64,000 bases of DNA, taken from Candidatus Anammoxibacter sp. GTDB lineage: Bacteria > Planctomycetota > Brocadiia > Brocadiales > Anammoxibacteraceae. Positions within the stretch are counted from its first letter, which is position 1. Each line of letters starts with the position of its first letter. Under the pieces are notes generated by a model. That model was not told where the DNA came from. It ran no database searches and worked only from the letters and a program-made list of their open reading frames with translations. Shown here piece after piece: positions 63,191-64,000 of the stretch. Both the position numbers and the translations under genes were made by a program. The DNA lies in NCBI GenBank assembly GCA_021777105.1, contig JAIQZQ010000001.1:49067-113066 (forward strand). Direction: 5' to 3'.

Positions 63191-63232
63191 GGCAGGAGCA
63201 ATCTTGTAGATTGCTTCAAAACGTTTAAAAAC
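63191..63232 (+). repeat. Hairpin + AAACGTTT repeat family, copy 4
   Basis: gagcaatct-tgt-agattgcttc followed by aaaacgtttaaaaacc. Confidence 0.5.
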
Positions 63233-63336
63233 CATTGGAGCTGAGTTCATAGCTTTACGTTTCCAGTAAAGTTAAACGTGATTGTTGTAATGTTTAAAAC
63301 AGTTTAGCGTCAAACATAATGGAGTATAAGATAAAA

Positions 63337-64000
63337 ATGACAAAAAAAGGGATTACAATGGTTGAACTTGCGCCAACCGTTCTATGGTTAATAAAACAAG
63401 AATTTGGAAAAGCATGTAATCCTTCTCACTGGATAGGCCCTGTAAATAACAAAACAAATAGAACCGCATTTGTCCTTGAAGATGAATCAGGGAAATGTGT
63501 ATTGTTTCTGCCTTATACGGCGTTTGACGTGATAAACGGCAAAAAATCATATCATCAAGCCGCGCTGGAAGACGAAACCATATTTAAATGCATATTTATA
63601 TTGCCTGTTATTTTGAACGAAAAACAAAACGAAGTTTTAAATAAAACGTTTGAAACTGCAAAAGAGACTGAAGTGTGGGATGCCCCTCTCTTTGAAGAAA
63701 AATTACAAAAACATTTAAATACCACAGAGAAACTATTAGGTTCAACAGTGCTCAATGTGGAAAGAGCTAATGAGCTTATTGATGAGAATACGCTAAAAAA
63801 TAACGATAAAGACAAACCGCCTAAACTATTAACAAATCATGGCAATTCTTTAAACAATTTAATTAAACGATTTTCTTTTGAGAAATCTATTAGAATATTA
63901 CAAGAATCAAAAGCAAATGAAACCGATGATCTTTTTACATTAAAAGAATATTCACTGCTTGATGTTGTTGTGATTGCAGGTGACATTAAAAATTTTACAC
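63337..64000 (+). CDS. Partial ORF running off the window end, AT-rich hypothetical protein (N-terminal 221 aa)
   Basis: By hand translation there is no stop from ATG 63337 to position 64000 (MTKKGITMVELAPTVLWLIKQEF...EYSLLDVVVIAGDIKNFT). It is absent from the supplied track, presumably because it is open-ended. Confidence 0.45.
   Translation, partial: MTKKGITMVELAPTVLWLIKQEFGKACNPSHWIGPVNNKTNRTAFVLEDESGKCVLFLPYTAFDVINGKKSYHQAALEDETIFKCIFILPVILNEKQNEVLNKTFETAKETEVWDAPLFEEKLQKHLNTTEKLLGSTVLNVERANELIDENTLKNNDKDKPPKLLTNHGNSLNNLIKRFSFEKSIRILQESKANETDDLFTLKEYSLLDVVVIAGDIKNFT

Noticed and set aside
1-64000. rRNA, tRNA, tmRNA or RNase P genes
   Set aside because: Scanning by eye found no T-loop/acceptor-like tRNA signatures (GGTTCGAATCC-type) and no rRNA-like conserved stretches. 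A proper tRNAscan/Infernal run is needed for certainty.

Overview
This is a bacterial chromosomal window with diderm-type markers (LptB, LepB), about 40-48% GC by eye, and no rRNA or tRNA seen. All domain calls below come from motif recognition by eye, not from database searches.

**1-21.6 kb, mostly housekeeping.** A small HicB-like cassette, copA, lptB, a WbsX/GH99-like gene and a radical SAM gene. These are followed by a minus-strand run: ppdK, eno, a degenerate eno paralog, a cNMP/FHA protein, a PDZ protein, an ABC1/UbiB-like kinase, aspS and hisS.

**From about 22 kb, accessory content.**
- Three co-oriented toxin-antitoxin-type cassettes (DUF5678 + retropepsin, vapBC, hicAB), separated by a strand-asymmetric mosaic repeat.
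- The most unusual content is a two-gene module at 26.6-32.1 kb. Gene 1 fuses a Ser/Thr kinase to a SAMHD1/dGTPase-type HD domain. Gene 2 fuses a SEFIR/TIR-like domain to an NRPS carrier and a condensation domain with an altered catalytic motif. The module sits between a decayed and an intact IS200/RayT-like Y1 transposase.
- Decayed DUF433/DUF5615 and BrnA-like modules, and an FHA-protease.
- A hybrid histidine kinase with two Cys4-tailed response regulators, a TPR protein, an M1-M28 fused peptidase and a zinc-ribbon-decorated lepB.
- At 52.5-63.1 kb, a type III-D-like CRISPR-Cas effector operon: cas6, a CARF/Card1-like protein with a degenerate nuclease motif, an HD-less cas10, Cas7, Cas5/Cas11-like, Cas7x2, Csx19-like and Cas7-insertion. 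No CRISPR array and no cas1/cas2 are present in the window.

**Repeats.** Intergenic DNA is saturated with at least seven families of short hairpin or dispersed repeats, several showing compensatory stem changes.
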